A stretch of DNA of 44,482 nt from positions 1 through 44,482 of the forward strand of contig CAZLSZ010000006.1 in assembly GCA_964562445.1 (NCBI GenBank), read 5' to 3'. The notes under the pieces are model-generated. The model saw nothing but the letters and a program-made list of their open reading frames with translations. It did no database searches and had not been told where the DNA came from. Numbering within the stretch: position 1 is the first letter of the stretch; each line of letters starts with the position of its first letter. Source of the DNA: an uncultured Gammaproteobacteria bacterium. GTDB taxonomy: Bacteria; Patescibacteriota; Microgenomatia; Levybacterales; UBA12049. Below, in pieces: positions 31,020-40,059 of the stretch. Both the position numbers and the translations under genes were made by a program.

Positions 31020-33362
31020 TTATGGGAGTGGTGTCACTGCGGCAGGTGGCGGTGTCGCTGCTGTACCTACAGTTGGTGATGGCAGTAGGAGTGGAGTACT
31101 TTGCCGCATTATCTCTGTGGGGGTGGGTTGTTCTGTCGGTGTTATTTCACCTGTCGGTTCCGGAGTTGATGTCGCCTCAGGGGTGGGAGAAGGTTCTCTG
31201 GTAGGTGTATCGCATGATTCCGGCTGGGTTCCCGCGATATAGAATTCAGTTTTGCCTGTGGATTGGCCATTGAGACAAAGTGGCTGGCTGACGACAAATG
31301 TAGGCTTTTCAAAATCTTCCACAGGTGTTCCCATGAGTTGTTTTTCCATAATACTTCGCCAAATCGGCGCCGCACCCAGAGATCCTGCGATATTATCCAT
31401 GGGTTTATTGTCATTATTTCCTACCCATACACCGACTACGAGACTTGGTGTGTATCCGACAGTTAACGCATCTCTATAATCTTCGGTCGTTCCAGTTTTG
31501 ACGGCAGCAGGACGTGAAATTGTCAGCGCTCGGCCGAATTCTTCCGCGCGTGCATAATTATCAGAAAGGATTGATGAGATAATAAATGCGGATTCACGGC
31601 TGATAACCTCGTGGGAAGCTCTTTTATTGGGGTCTCTCAACCAATTGAGAGGATTGGCATAATACCATGGACTTATTGCTTTCGTAACCGGTTTATCATA
31701 TTTATTTTTTATGGAGATAATACCCGTGGGTTCAATGTACGTGCCGTTATTTGCGAATACAGCATAGGCATTAGTAAGCTCTAGAAGCGGTACTTCGCCT
31801 GTACCTAGGACGAGTGAAAGACCATAATTCACATCGTCCCGCAGTGTCGTGATACCAAATTCACGTGCTTTGTTAATTCCTGTGGTGACCCCCACTTTTT
31901 CCATGACCTCTACTGCTGGGACATTGAGAGAGTTTGCCAGCGCTCTACGGACAGTGACATCTCCCCGATAGCTGAGATCATAGTTCTTGGGTTTATAACC
32001 GCCATTAAATGTTGTTTCTTCATCATGCAGTATCGTACCGGCGGTAATCGTTCTATTTTCTATTCCTGTCGCGTAGATAATCGGCTTAAATGATGATCCG
32101 GGCTGGCGGGGAGTGACGGCCATATTAATCTGTCCGAATTTTTCATCAGTCCATTCATAACTGCCTACCATGGCCAAGATTTCGCTTGTTTTCGGATCAA
32201 TTGCCACCGCCGCACCGTTGGTTGTATTATTCCATTGCAGGCGTTCTACTTGACTTCGTACGGTTTGCTCTGCGTATGTTTGTAATGCCTGATCGAGTGA
32301 TGTCTTGACGATAAATCCTTCCCGGATTACACGTTCTTCGCCATATTCTTTTATGAGTTGGTTTTTTATGTAGTTTGCGAAGTGAAACGCGATAACAGTT
32401 GTATCATTTTGCGAAGAACTGCCGTAGGTGAGTTGTTCACTTCGTGCCTGATCCGCTGTTTCCTGTGTAATATATCGTTCTTCTACCATTTCCCCTAAAA
32501 CGATTTTTTGTCTGAGGAGTGCTTTATCCGGCGGATTTGAGACAGGAGAATATGCTGAGGGGGCGGGAAGCAGTCCGATAAGCATTGAGGCCTGCGCAAG
32601 TGTGAGATCTTTTGCCGGTACGCCGAAGTATACTTGTGCTGCATTTTCTATCCCGAATGCCCCTTCGCCGAAATAAACGGAATTTAAGTATATTTCGAGA
32701 ATATCATCTTTGCTGAATCGCCTGTTTAATTCAGAAGCGAGTACTAATTCTTGATATTTTCGAAACATATTTCTTGATGAGCTGAGGAATACATTTTTTG
32801 CAAGCTCTTGTGTGATTGTGGAGCCGCCTTCGACGACCTTTCCTGCCATGATATTGACAAAAAATGCTCGTGCTATTCCGCGGATTGAGAAGCCGGGATT
32901 AGTATAAAAATTTTTATCTTCCGTCGCGATGACAGCTTCCTGTACTGATTTGGGAATTTCGGAAATCGGGACATATTTTATCTGTTTTGGCTGATAAAAT
33001 GTGTAAAACGTTTCTCCATTACGATCCTGCAATGTAAGTCCTGTCTTCCCGCGATTTAAGATGCTTTCTTTATCTTTGAGGTCCTGCGCGAAATAAAGAT
33101 ATGTCGCGGGTGGAATAATAGCCATAATAGCAAGAAAAATAAGGAAGAGATAGATCAGCTTCCTTTTATGACTGAGGATATATATCTTAAGTCTTTCTTT
33201 CCAGGTTTTCTTTTCGTTCCGCTTCTCCGCGAGGCCATTTCCTTGTCTATTAAAGACATTATTTTTTACGGGTCTATGTAATCGTGATCGCTCATGCATA
33301 GGTGGGCACATTTTATTGTAACATCCCGGAGTCACAATTTCCATTTCGTTACGTGCTTTCAT
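31020..33362 (-). CDS. Class A penicillin-binding protein (PBP1A-type glycosyltransferase/transpeptidase) with PT-rich tail
   Basis: GT51 motifs: EDKNFYTNPGFSIRGIARA and GGSTITQELAKN. TP motifs: GSSFKP, SLN and VKTGTTED. The track start 33470 runs through a repeat. ATG 33362 is the longest repeat-free start, and ATG 33299 (MHERS...) is an alternative. Confidence 0.85.
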   Translation of the reverse strand: MKARNEMEIVTPGCYNKMCPPMHERSRLHRPVKNNVFNRQGNGLAEKRNEKKTWKERLKIYILSHKRKLIYLFLIFLAIMAIIPPATYLYFAQDLKDKESILNRGKTGLTLQDRNGETFYTFYQPKQIKYVPISEIPKSVQEAVIATEDKNFYTNPGFSIRGIARAFFVNIMAGKVVEGGSTITQELAKNVFLSSSRNMFRKYQELVLASELNRRFSKDDILEIYLNSVYFGEGAFGIENAAQVYFGVPAKDLTLAQASMLIGLLPAPSAYSPVSNPPDKALLRQKIVLGEMVEERYITQETADQARSEQLTYGSSSQNDTTVIAFHFANYIKNQLIKEYGEERVIREGFIVKTSLDQALQTYAEQTVRSQVERLQWNNTTNGAAVAIDPKTSEILAMVGSYEWTDEKFGQINMAVTPRQPGSSFKPIIYATGIENRTITAGTILHDEETTFNGGYKPKNYDLSYRGDVTVRRALANSLNVPAVEVMEKVGVTTGINKAREFGITTLRDDVNYGLSLVLGTGEVPLLELTNAYAVFANNGTYIEPTGIISIKNKYDKPVTKAISPWYYANPLNWLRDPNKRASHEVISRESAFIISSILSDNYARAEEFGRALTISRPAAVKTGTTEDYRDALTVGYTPSLVVGVWVGNNDNKPMDNIAGSLGAAPIWRSIMEKQLMGTPVEDFEKPTFVVSQPLCLNGQSTGKTEFYIAGTQPESCDTPTREPSPTPEATSTPEPTGEITPTEQPTPTEIMRQSTPLLLPSPTVGTAATPPPAAVTPLP

Positions 33363-33363
33363 T

Positions 33364-33420
33364 GGGATTGCTCCTGCCTGCCGGCAGGCAGGTCTCCTGC
33401 TTTGCAGGATCGCAATGACA
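33364..33420 (+). repeat. Family-A long form
   Basis: It differs from 30945-31001 at one position (gggattgc). Confidence 0.9.
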
Positions 33421-33436
33421 TGGTGGGGAAATAAAG

Positions 33437-34648
33437 CTATTTGGTGAAAGTTGTATTGATAATCTTCCACAAATCGGGATAGTACTTATCATAACCGAGG
33501 GTCCATATGGCTACACCGGCAAACTGTTTTTGTTTTGCGTATTTATATCGTGTCTGGACTGATCGTTCATCCGAGATCCACAATTGATGATCTACACCTG
33601 ACTCTTTATCGTTATACCAACACCATGTCTCCTGTGCGAGATTATCCCATTTACATTGCTCTTTTTTTATATCCTTACTGTCACGAGCTCTTGCGTAGGA
33701 AACAACTCCTGCATAACTGTTTGCATCTGCAGATGAAAGTGTTTCACTCTTTCTTGTTTTGCCGTCTTTAACCGCCCATTCGCGGCCATAGTAGGGGACA
33801 CCCATGATAATTTTTTCTTTTGGTAATACTTTGAGGTAGTCAGCATACGTGGTCTCCACATCAAAGAAATATTCTTTTTCGTTAAATCCTTTCATGGGGG
33901 AGGTGGGGCCGGCGATGTCTGAGCCGGCCCCATAATACTCATATGACATCCCGATAAATCGATCATAAATCGATGATAATTTCTTAAATTCAAAAAGTGA
34001 CTCATTGCGCGCGGATAATGGCATAATGCTGAGCATCAGTTGCGTTTTAAGATTTTCTTTTTGTAGTGCTTCTTTGAGTTCGCGGCTGAATTGCGTAAAC
34101 GCGATATCGTAGCCGGCATCAGGTGTGCCGAGGTATTCAACGTCAATATTTATGCTATCTACTTTGGATTGTTTTACAAGCTGTACAATGTCAGTTATAA
34201 GATTTGTCTGATTATCTTTGTATTCCAGTAAGTTACTGATCGTATCGTTATCCAGAGCTGTGATAGATACGGAAGTTTTTGTTCCCAGAATTTTTGCTTT
34301 TATCAATATGTTTTGGACTTCTTCTTTGTTCCAGTTAAGCCAACCGGGTTCTGTTTCGCCGTTTGATTCTTTGAGAATATGTCCGTCAGATCCGACACTG
34401 AGGCTGAAATAATCAATGTGCGAGAGGTTTTGCAATTTAATATTGGAAATTTGCTCAAGTTGCCAGTATGGGAGAAAACCGAAAACTTCCTGTTTAAGAT
34501 TAAGATGGGGTTTTGTAACCCGTTCCATATAATAATTACCTGTAATCATCGGGGAAAGTGTGGGATACGTTGATTTGAGATAAAAAAATACGCCTAGTGC
34601 CATTAAAATACAAAGGATGAGTATAAAAAAGATAATTTTTTTGAGCAT
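33437..34648 (-). CDS. Membrane-anchored GH18-like (chitinase/YaaH-like) glycoside hydrolase
   Basis: N-terminal TM. VDSINIDVEY fits DxxDxDxE with the second Asp replaced by Asn. FAGVAIWTLGYD is typical of GH18 C-termini. Confidence 0.65.
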   Translation of the reverse strand: MLKKIIFFILILCILMALGVFFYLKSTYPTLSPMITGNYYMERVTKPHLNLKQEVFGFLPYWQLEQISNIKLQNLSHIDYFSLSVGSDGHILKESNGETEPGWLNWNKEEVQNILIKAKILGTKTSVSITALDNDTISNLLEYKDNQTNLITDIVQLVKQSKVDSINIDVEYLGTPDAGYDIAFTQFSRELKEALQKENLKTQLMLSIMPLSARNESLFEFKKLSSIYDRFIGMSYEYYGAGSDIAGPTSPMKGFNEKEYFFDVETTYADYLKVLPKEKIIMGVPYYGREWAVKDGKTRKSETLSSADANSYAGVVSYARARDSKDIKKEQCKWDNLAQETWCWYNDKESGVDHQLWISDERSVQTRYKYAKQKQFAGVAIWTLGYDKYYPDLWKIINTTFTK

Positions 34649-34716
34649 ACAGTCATTATAATATATCGGCAGGTTTTTTAATAATATTTGATCTTTTTTG
34701 AATACAAAATTTCCTC

Positions 34717-34746
34717 TTGCAAAGTATTTTCTATTTAGTCTATGCT
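34717..34746 (+). promoter_or_regulatory. Promoter-like TTGCAA-18-TATGCT
   Basis: It ends 11 nt before ATG 34758, with no SD. Confidence 0.45.
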
Positions 34747-34757
34747 AGAGATAGCGT

Positions 34758-35735
34758 ATGATACGGGATTACAATCTTATTACTATCGGAGAAGTTACTA
34801 TTGATGCCTTTATGAAACTGGTGCATGAAGGTTCGTCAATTTATGAAGATAAAGAGAACGGTGGTATTTGTTTTCCGAATGGTGACAAAATTGAAGTAGA
34901 TAAGTATGAATTCAGTCTAGGAGGCTGTGCTGCCAATATCGCAGTCGGCGTGAACCGACTGGGCCTCAAGTCAACACTCTGTGCTGAGACAGGTGATGAT
35001 GAATTCTCCATAAAGATACGAAATGGTCTTGCGACAGAGAGAATCGAGAGACTTTTTGTAAATCAAATCCATGGTGCATCCAATTTCTCCGTTATCGTTA
35101 ACTACAAAGGAGACCGAACTATTTTCGTTCAGAATGTAACACGTGAGCATGATTTCAAACTGGAGGATGTCACAACTGATTATATCTACCTCGCCAGCCT
35201 GGCAAGAGATTGGGAAAATCCTTATAAGATGGCATTACAGTTTCTTGACAAAAATCCTGAGACAAAGCTCGCTTTTAATCCGGGTATGAGGCAATTGCGT
35301 GAAGGAAAGGATGTTATTGCGGAAGTTTTGAAAAAGACTGACCTTTTATTTATTAACAAAGAAGAGGCAGAAATGATTTTGAACGGCAAAAAAACAGTTA
35401 ATGAAGATAAGGAATATATTGAAAGCTTGATGAATGATGTACAGAAAAAAGGACCAAAGATTATCGTTCTGACAAATGGTGAAGACGGGTCATACGTCCT
35501 TGATGAAAAAGGGAAGATGTACAGTGAAGGGATAAATGAAGGAAAAGTGATAGAGCGGACAGGAGCGGGGGATGCGTATACGTCAGGATTTCTTGCCGCG
35601 ATTATGTATGACAAATCTATTCCTACAGCGATGGAGTGGGGAATGGTGAATTCAACTTCAGTTGTCGGGGCAGTGGGTGCTCAAAGAGGACTTCTGCGTA
35701 AAAACGAATTGGAAGAAAAATTAGCCACGTTATAA
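34758..35735 (+). CDS. PfkB-family carbohydrate/ribokinase-like kinase
   Basis: GGCAANIAVG and the C-terminal signature ERTGAGDAYTSGFLAA. Confidence 0.8.
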   Translation: MIRDYNLITIGEVTIDAFMKLVHEGSSIYEDKENGGICFPNGDKIEVDKYEFSLGGCAANIAVGVNRLGLKSTLCAETGDDEFSIKIRNGLATERIERLFVNQIHGASNFSVIVNYKGDRTIFVQNVTREHDFKLEDVTTDYIYLASLARDWENPYKMALQFLDKNPETKLAFNPGMRQLREGKDVIAEVLKKTDLLFINKEEAEMILNGKKTVNEDKEYIESLMNDVQKKGPKIIVLTNGEDGSYVLDEKGKMYSEGINEGKVIERTGAGDAYTSGFLAAIMYDKSIPTAMEWGMVNSTSVVGAVGAQRGLLRKNELEEKLATL

Positions 35736-35739
35736 TTCC

Positions 35740-35796
35740 TGTCATTGCGATCCTGCAAAGCAGGAGACCTGCTTGCCTGCAGGCAGGAGCAATCTC
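35740..35796 (-). repeat. Family-A long form, reverse orientation
   Basis: tgtcattgcgatcctgcaaagcaggagacctgcttgcctgcaggcaggagcaatctc. It fills the whole convergent gap between the PfkB gene and fba. Confidence 0.9.
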
Positions 35797-35797
35797 G

Positions 35798-36763
35798 TTA
35801 GAAGTCTTTGGCGTGGCCTGCCTGCCCGAAGGCAATCATTCGTGCTTTTATCATTTCTTTTGTCGCCGTTCGAGCTTCTGTCATATAATCACGTGGATCG
35901 AATTTTTCAGGCTGTTCTACGAAGAACTTTCTGATCGCGGCGGTAATTGCGAGGCGGGTATCAGTATCTACATTAATTTTGCGGACACCGTTTTGGATGC
36001 CTTTTTGTATCTCCTCCACAGGTACTCCGAAGGTCGGTTTTATCGCACCGCCATACTCATTAATCGTGTGAAGTAAATCTTGTGGTACACTTGATGATCC
36101 GTGCATGACGAGATGGGTATTTGGGAGCAGTCGGTGTATTTCATTAATCCGTTCCATCACAAGCACAGACCCATCCGGTTGTTTGGCAAATTTATAGACA
36201 CCATGACTTGTGCCGACCGCGACCGCGAGAGCGTCAATGCCAGTTTCGTTTACAAATTGTACGGCCTGCTGGGGATCAGTGAGATATTGGCTTTTCATGT
36301 CTCCAGCTCCGGCTCCGTCTTCGATACCGCCGATAACGCCGAGTTCCGCTTCTACCGAAACGCCTTTTGTACGTGCGTATTCTACAACTTTTTGTGTGAC
36401 AGCGATATTTTCTTCATAACTTGCCGGTGTCTTATGATCTTCTTTGAGTGAGCCGTCAATCATCACACTTGTATAGCCGAGATCAATTGCGGAGAGACAT
36501 GCCTCGACACTTCCGTGATCCTGATGAAGTACCGTTGGAATCTCAGGATAGACTTCTGTCGCCGCAATCATCAGATGGTAAAGAAATCGGTCTCCGGCGT
36601 ATGTGCGTGCTCCGCGGGATGCCTGCAATATGACAGGAGAGTCAGTTTCTTTCGCTGCCTCCATAATAGCCTGGATTTGCTCCATATTATTGACATTAAA
36701 TCCGCCGACACCGTAGTTTCCTTCGGCTGCTTTATCCAGGAGTTGTCTGAGGGTTATGAGCAT
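35798..36763 (-). CDS. fba: Class II fructose-bisphosphate aldolase
   Basis: [25 protein letters not shown] and [10 protein letters not shown]. Confidence 0.92.
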   Translation of the reverse strand: MLITLRQLLDKAAEGNYGVGGFNVNNMEQIQAIMEAAKETDSPVILQASRGARTYAGDRFLYHLMIAATEVYPEIPTVLHQDHGSVEACLSAIDLGYTSVMIDGSLKEDHKTPASYEENIAVTQKVVEYARTKGVSVEAELGVIGGIEDGAGAGDMKSQYLTDPQQAVQFVNETGIDALAVAVGTSHGVYKFAKQPDGSVLVMERINEIHRLLPNTHLVMHGSSSVPQDLLHTINEYGGAIKPTFGVPVEEIQKGIQNGVRKINVDTDTRLAITAAIRKFFVEQPEKFDPRDYMTEARTATKEMIKARMIAFGQAGHAKDF

Positions 36764-36808
36764 AGGTCTATACTACATGATTATGACAAAAAAATGCATG
36801 TAGAAATC

Positions 36809-36845
36809 TGTCATTGCGATCCTGCAAAGCAGGAGAAGCGATCTC
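36809..36845 (-). repeat. Family-A hairpin repeat, reverse
   Basis: tgtcattgcgatcctgcaaagcaggagaagcgatctc. Confidence 0.85.
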
Positions 36846-36847
36846 TT

Positions 36848-36875
36848 TGTCATCCCGGACTTGATCCGGGATCTC
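36848..36875 (-). repeat. Family-A-like hairpin repeat, reverse (different core)
   Basis: tgtcatcccgga-cttga-tccgggatctc. Confidence 0.8.
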
Positions 36876-36880
36876 TAGAA

Positions 36881-36941
36881 ACACATAACTAAAACGTAAA
36901 ACATATAACAATACTTTTAATTCGCAATTCTATGTTATTTG
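36881..36941. repeat. Family-C modules, inverted pair
   Basis: acacataactaaaacgtaaaacatataacaatac / ttttaattcgcaattctatgttattt. Confidence 0.6.
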
Positions 36942-36984
36942 AGATTGCTTCGGCTCCTGCAAAGCAGTATCCTCTCAATGACAG
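36942..36984 (+). repeat. Family-A hairpin repeat
   Basis: gagattgcttcggctcctgcaaagcagtatcctctcaatgaca. Confidence 0.85.
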
Positions 36985-36989
36985 AGTAT

Positions 36990-37985
36990 TTATTGATTAT
37001 TTTTCCTTTTTATAACTTTCTTTACTGCTGATTTGATCGAGGGGACATCCATATGATATTTTTTCAATAGTTCTTTCGGATCGCCTGACTCGGCAAATGT
37101 TTTTTGTAATCCGATATACTCTATTGGTAAGGGGTTTGTCTTTGCCAAAAGTTCAGCGATTGCGCTTCCGAGACCGCCAGAAATCTGATGGTCTTCAACT
37201 GTCACAACTGCTTTTGTGTGACCGGTAAAACGCATAATACTTTCGCCGTCCAAGGGAGCAATTGTCCCGGCGTTTATGACAAGCACCGGAAAGCCTTCTT
37301 CTTCGAGTTCCTTTGCTGCGAGGAGCGCATAGTACAGCATATACCCCATGGCAAAAATAGTTGCCTGCGGGTGGTCATTTATCCAATAATCCTGCATTTT
37401 TCCCATCGTAAAGGGTGTTTCTTGTGTGGTGATGACGGGTGTTTTATCTCTTGAGAAACGGAGGTAGACAGGGTGAGGTATCTTAACTGCTTTTTTTGTC
37501 GCTTTTTGGGCTTCGAGACTGTCACAGGGGACCACAATATCAATGTTTGGTAGACACCGCATGATCGCGATATCTTCAGTTGCTTGATGCGTGACACCGT
37601 CTCTGCCCGTCATAATTCCTGCATGGTGTCCAGCGATTTTGACGTTTGCATTGTTATATATAATGGTAGTGCGAATAGTTTCCCAGTTTTTCCCCGGAGA
37701 AAAGGTCGCGTATGATGAAATGAAAGCTGTTTTTCCTGAAACTCCGAGTCCCGCGGCTATTGCTGCCATATTTTGTTCACCGATTCCTGTTTGAAAAAAT
37801 CGCTGTGGAAATTTTTCCGCGAAAAGATGTGCCTGTGTGGATTCAGTGAGATCTGCACAAAGGACAACGACATTCTCATTTTCGCCGGCTTCGGCGAGTC
37901 CTCGACCGAAGCCGGCACGTGAGGCTTCCACAAGGACATCTTTTTCAAATATCTTTTCGTTTAGTTTTAGTTTTTTATTTAACAT
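36990..37985 (-). CDS. tkt: Transketolase, C-terminal (pyrimidine-binding) subunit
   Basis: FFQTGIGEQNMAAIAAGL, GHHAGIMTGRDGVTHQATEDIA, and the C-terminal domain. Confidence 0.9.
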   Translation of the reverse strand: MLNKKLKLNEKIFEKDVLVEASRAGFGRGLAEAGENENVVVLCADLTESTQAHLFAEKFPQRFFQTGIGEQNMAAIAAGLGVSGKTAFISSYATFSPGKNWETIRTTIIYNNANVKIAGHHAGIMTGRDGVTHQATEDIAIMRCLPNIDIVVPCDSLEAQKATKKAVKIPHPVYLRFSRDKTPVITTQETPFTMGKMQDYWINDHPQATIFAMGYMLYYALLAAKELEEEGFPVLVINAGTIAPLDGESIMRFTGHTKAVVTVEDHQISGGLGSAIAELLAKTNPLPIEYIGLQKTFAESGDPKELLKKYHMDVPSIKSAVKKVIKRKNNQ

Positions 37986-38016
37986 ACTTTTAATATGTAT
38001 CGGTAACCCTCAGTCA

Positions 38017-38040
38017 TTAGTTTTATGTTTGTAGTTATTT
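38017..38040 (-). repeat. Family-C module abutting a family-A repeat
   Basis: ttagttttatgtttgtagttattt. Compare 44357-44387 and 36916-36941. Confidence 0.6.
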
Positions 38041-38097
38041 GAGATTGCTCCTGCCTGCCGGCAGGCAGGTCTCCTGCTTTGCAGGATAGCAATGACA
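38041..38097 (+). repeat. Family-A long form
   Basis: It differs from 30945-31001 at one position (ggatagcaat) and abuts the transketolase stop codon. Confidence 0.9.
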
Positions 38098-38961
38098 TTA
38101 CTGGTGTTCGCTGCGAATTTTACCGCGCAGTGTCCTCAGTTCATATAATGCCTTTTTTGCTTCCTCTTTCCCCGGTGGCTTGCCATGCCAATGAAAATCT
38201 TTTTCCATAAAATCCACTCCTTTGCCGGGAATCGTATGTGCGATTATTACAGTAGGTTTTTCATAAATTGCGTGCGCCTCCTGCACTTTATCGACAAAAT
38301 TTTCGATATTATGGCCATCTGCTTCAAGTACATGCCAGTTAAATGCTTCAAATTTTTCTCGTAAAGGTTCAAGCGGCATGATTTGTTCGGTGAAACCGTC
38401 CAATTGGATATTATTTCTATCGACAATCATAATAAGATTGTTAATTTTATTTTTCCCCGCAAAGAGGACAGCTTCCCAGATATTTCCTTCATCCAACTCG
38501 CCGTCACCTGTAATGACATACGTATAGTATTTTTTATTATCTAATTGCGCGGCAAGAGCGATGCCGATTCCTTGTGATAATCCTTCTCCCAATGGTCCCG
38601 ATGTTGTCTCCAGTCCGGGCAGAGCGCCTCGATGCGGATGTCCCTGCAGTCGTGAATCAATTTTGCGAAGCGTCTGCAGTTCTTCAATAGAGAAATAGCC
38701 GCTCATAGCAAGAGAGACATACTGGATAGGGCAGATGTGTCCATTTGAAACGACCAGTCTGTCGCGTTCTTCCCAAAGAGGATTTTTGGGATCATGGTTG
38801 AGGATATGGAAGTAGAAAGAGATAAAAATATCTGCCATGCCCAAGGGGCCTGCTGAGTGTCCTGAGCCTGCTTCGAAGAGACTTTTGATAACAAGCTCTC
38901 GGGCACGTTTTGCTTTCTTCTCAAGCTCAATTACTTTTTCTTCATGAATCGTCGTGACCAT
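38098..38961 (-). CDS. tkt: Transketolase, N-terminal (TPP-binding) subunit
   Basis: GSGHSAGPLGMADI, SNGHICP and the TPP motif GDGELDEGNIWEA. ATG 38961 (MVTTIHEEK) is preferred because the track start 39000 lies in the promoter. Confidence 0.9.
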   Translation of the reverse strand: MVTTIHEEKVIELEKKAKRARELVIKSLFEAGSGHSAGPLGMADIFISFYFHILNHDPKNPLWEERDRLVVSNGHICPIQYVSLAMSGYFSIEELQTLRKIDSRLQGHPHRGALPGLETTSGPLGEGLSQGIGIALAAQLDNKKYYTYVITGDGELDEGNIWEAVLFAGKNKINNLIMIVDRNNIQLDGFTEQIMPLEPLREKFEAFNWHVLEADGHNIENFVDKVQEAHAIYEKPTVIIAHTIPGKGVDFMEKDFHWHGKPPGKEEAKKALYELRTLRGKIRSEHQ

Positions 38962-38971
38962 ACTATCCTTA

Positions 38972-39000
38972 AGTGTAACAATAACACAAAAACCTCGCAA
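38972..39000 (-). promoter_or_regulatory. Promoter TTGCGA-17-TACACT of the transketolase-fba operon
   Basis: The minus strand reads ttgcga ggtttttgtgttattgt tacact, ending 10 nt before ATG 38961. Confidence 0.5.
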
Positions 39001-39071
39001 GTGATGCTTGGCTAGATTTTTCTTACCATTCTCTTATCAACAACATCGTGAAAATATGGTTATAATAAATT

Positions 39072-39449
39072 ATGAAAAGGATTTTGGTTGTCGACGATGA
39101 TCCGGATATTCTGGACGCAATACAATTTGTTCTTGAGGACGCAGGATACAATGTCGAAACATCACAAAAAGGTGAATACGCGGAATCCTTGGAAAGGCAG
39201 GATAATTTACCGAATTTACTTATTCTTGATGTGCTCCTGTCTGGTAAAGATGGCCGCATGATCTGTCAAAAGCTGAAAAATAATCAAAAAACAAAAAATA
39301 TACCCATCCTCATGATCTCCGCACATCCCAATGCCCGCCAAACAGTCAAAGAAGTAGGAGCAGATGATTTTCTCCCAAAGCCGTTTGATATAGGCGTCCT
39401 TCTCTCAAAAGTAGATAAGTCGATGTATTCTTCCCCCGAACTCTCCTGA
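39072..39449 (+). CDS. Stand-alone response-regulator receiver (CheY-like) protein
   Basis: ILVVDDDPDI, the phospho-acceptor region LLILDVLLSGKDG, and LPKPF. There is no output domain. TATAAT (39061-39066) lies only 5 nt before the ATG. Confidence 0.85.
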   Translation: MKRILVVDDDPDILDAIQFVLEDAGYNVETSQKGEYAESLERQDNLPNLLILDVLLSGKDGRMICQKLKNNQKTKNIPILMISAHPNARQTVKEVGADDFLPKPFDIGVLLSKVDKSMYSSPELS

Positions 39450-39500
39450 ATTCCACACAACTAGTCATAAGTAACACATAAATAAATTTTATATTTCTAT

Positions 39501-39544
39501 GTCATTGCGAGGAATCGAGCTCAGCTCGACTCCTCGCAATGACA
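39501..39544. repeat. Family-A hairpin repeat, symmetric
   Basis: gtcattgcgaggaatcgagctcagctcgactcctcgcaatgaca. Confidence 0.85.
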
Positions 39545-39578
39545 TAGAGAGAGTCAGGATGAAAATCAACTGTGTCTC

Positions 39579-39607
39579 TTGACAAATGCAATTTAATTGC
39601 ATATAAT
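39579..39607 (+). promoter_or_regulatory. Consensus promoter TTGACA-17-TATAAT of the zur-znuACB operon
   Basis: TTGACA at 39579-39584 and TATAAT at 39602-39607. Confidence 0.8.
39587..39601. promoter_or_regulatory. Palindromic operator (probable Zur/Fur box) in the promoter spacer
   Basis: TGCAATT-T-AATTGCA is a perfect 7-1-7 palindrome between the -35 and the -10. Confidence 0.6.
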
Positions 39608-39630
39608 AAATACAGGTAATTCGCATTTAT

Positions 39631-40056
39631 ATGAATATGTACATAAAACATGATTGTAAAACAGAACTGAATGAAGCGAGTCTTCGCGCGACACCCGCAC
39701 GTATCGCTTTGATGCAATTGTTTGAATCAACAAAGAAGCCTCTGGATGTGCAGACTATGATCGAATATCTTCATGATAAAGATATTAAGACTGATCCTGC
39801 GACAGTGTTTCGTATTATGCAAATGTTTACCCAGAAAGGTTTGACGAGACAACTAGATTTTCAGGAAGGAAAGTTTCGGTACGAACTCGCCGGAGAAGAA
39901 CATCATCACCTGATGTGTACAAATTGCGGGGATATTGAGGATATTTCGGACTGCAATATTTCCGTATTGCAAAAAGATATTGAAGAAAAAAAACAATTTA
40001 TTGTACAACGCCATTCTTTGGAGTTTTTCGGAATTTGTAAAAAATGTCAAAAATAA
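39631..40056 (+). CDS. zur: Fur-family metalloregulator (probably Zur)
   Basis: LRATPARIALMQLF (wHTH), HHHLMCTNCGDIEDI and FGICKKCQ (CxxC pairs). It lies immediately upstream of a Zn-type ABC importer. Confidence 0.8.
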   Translation: MNMYIKHDCKTELNEASLRATPARIALMQLFESTKKPLDVQTMIEYLHDKDIKTDPATVFRIMQMFTQKGLTRQLDFQEGKFRYELAGEEHHHLMCTNCGDIEDISDCNISVLQKDIEEKKQFIVQRHSLEFFGICKKCQK

Positions 40057-40059
40057 ATT

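Noticed and set aside
35623-36892. ORFs 35623-35835, 36515-36892, 30983-31204, 16529-16720, 36448-36633 and similar short frames
   Set aside because: They are built largely from translated repeat units (e.g. ...ACRQAGLLLCRIAMT... and CHCDPAKQEKRSLCHPGLDPGS), or they lie antisense to well-supported genes.
34758-39000. PfkB kinase, class II aldolase and split transketolase cluster as a novel pathway
   Set aside because: All are standard sugar-phosphate enzymes. Split transketolase genes are well known in archaea and several bacteria. Nothing unexplained remains apart from the intervening repeats.
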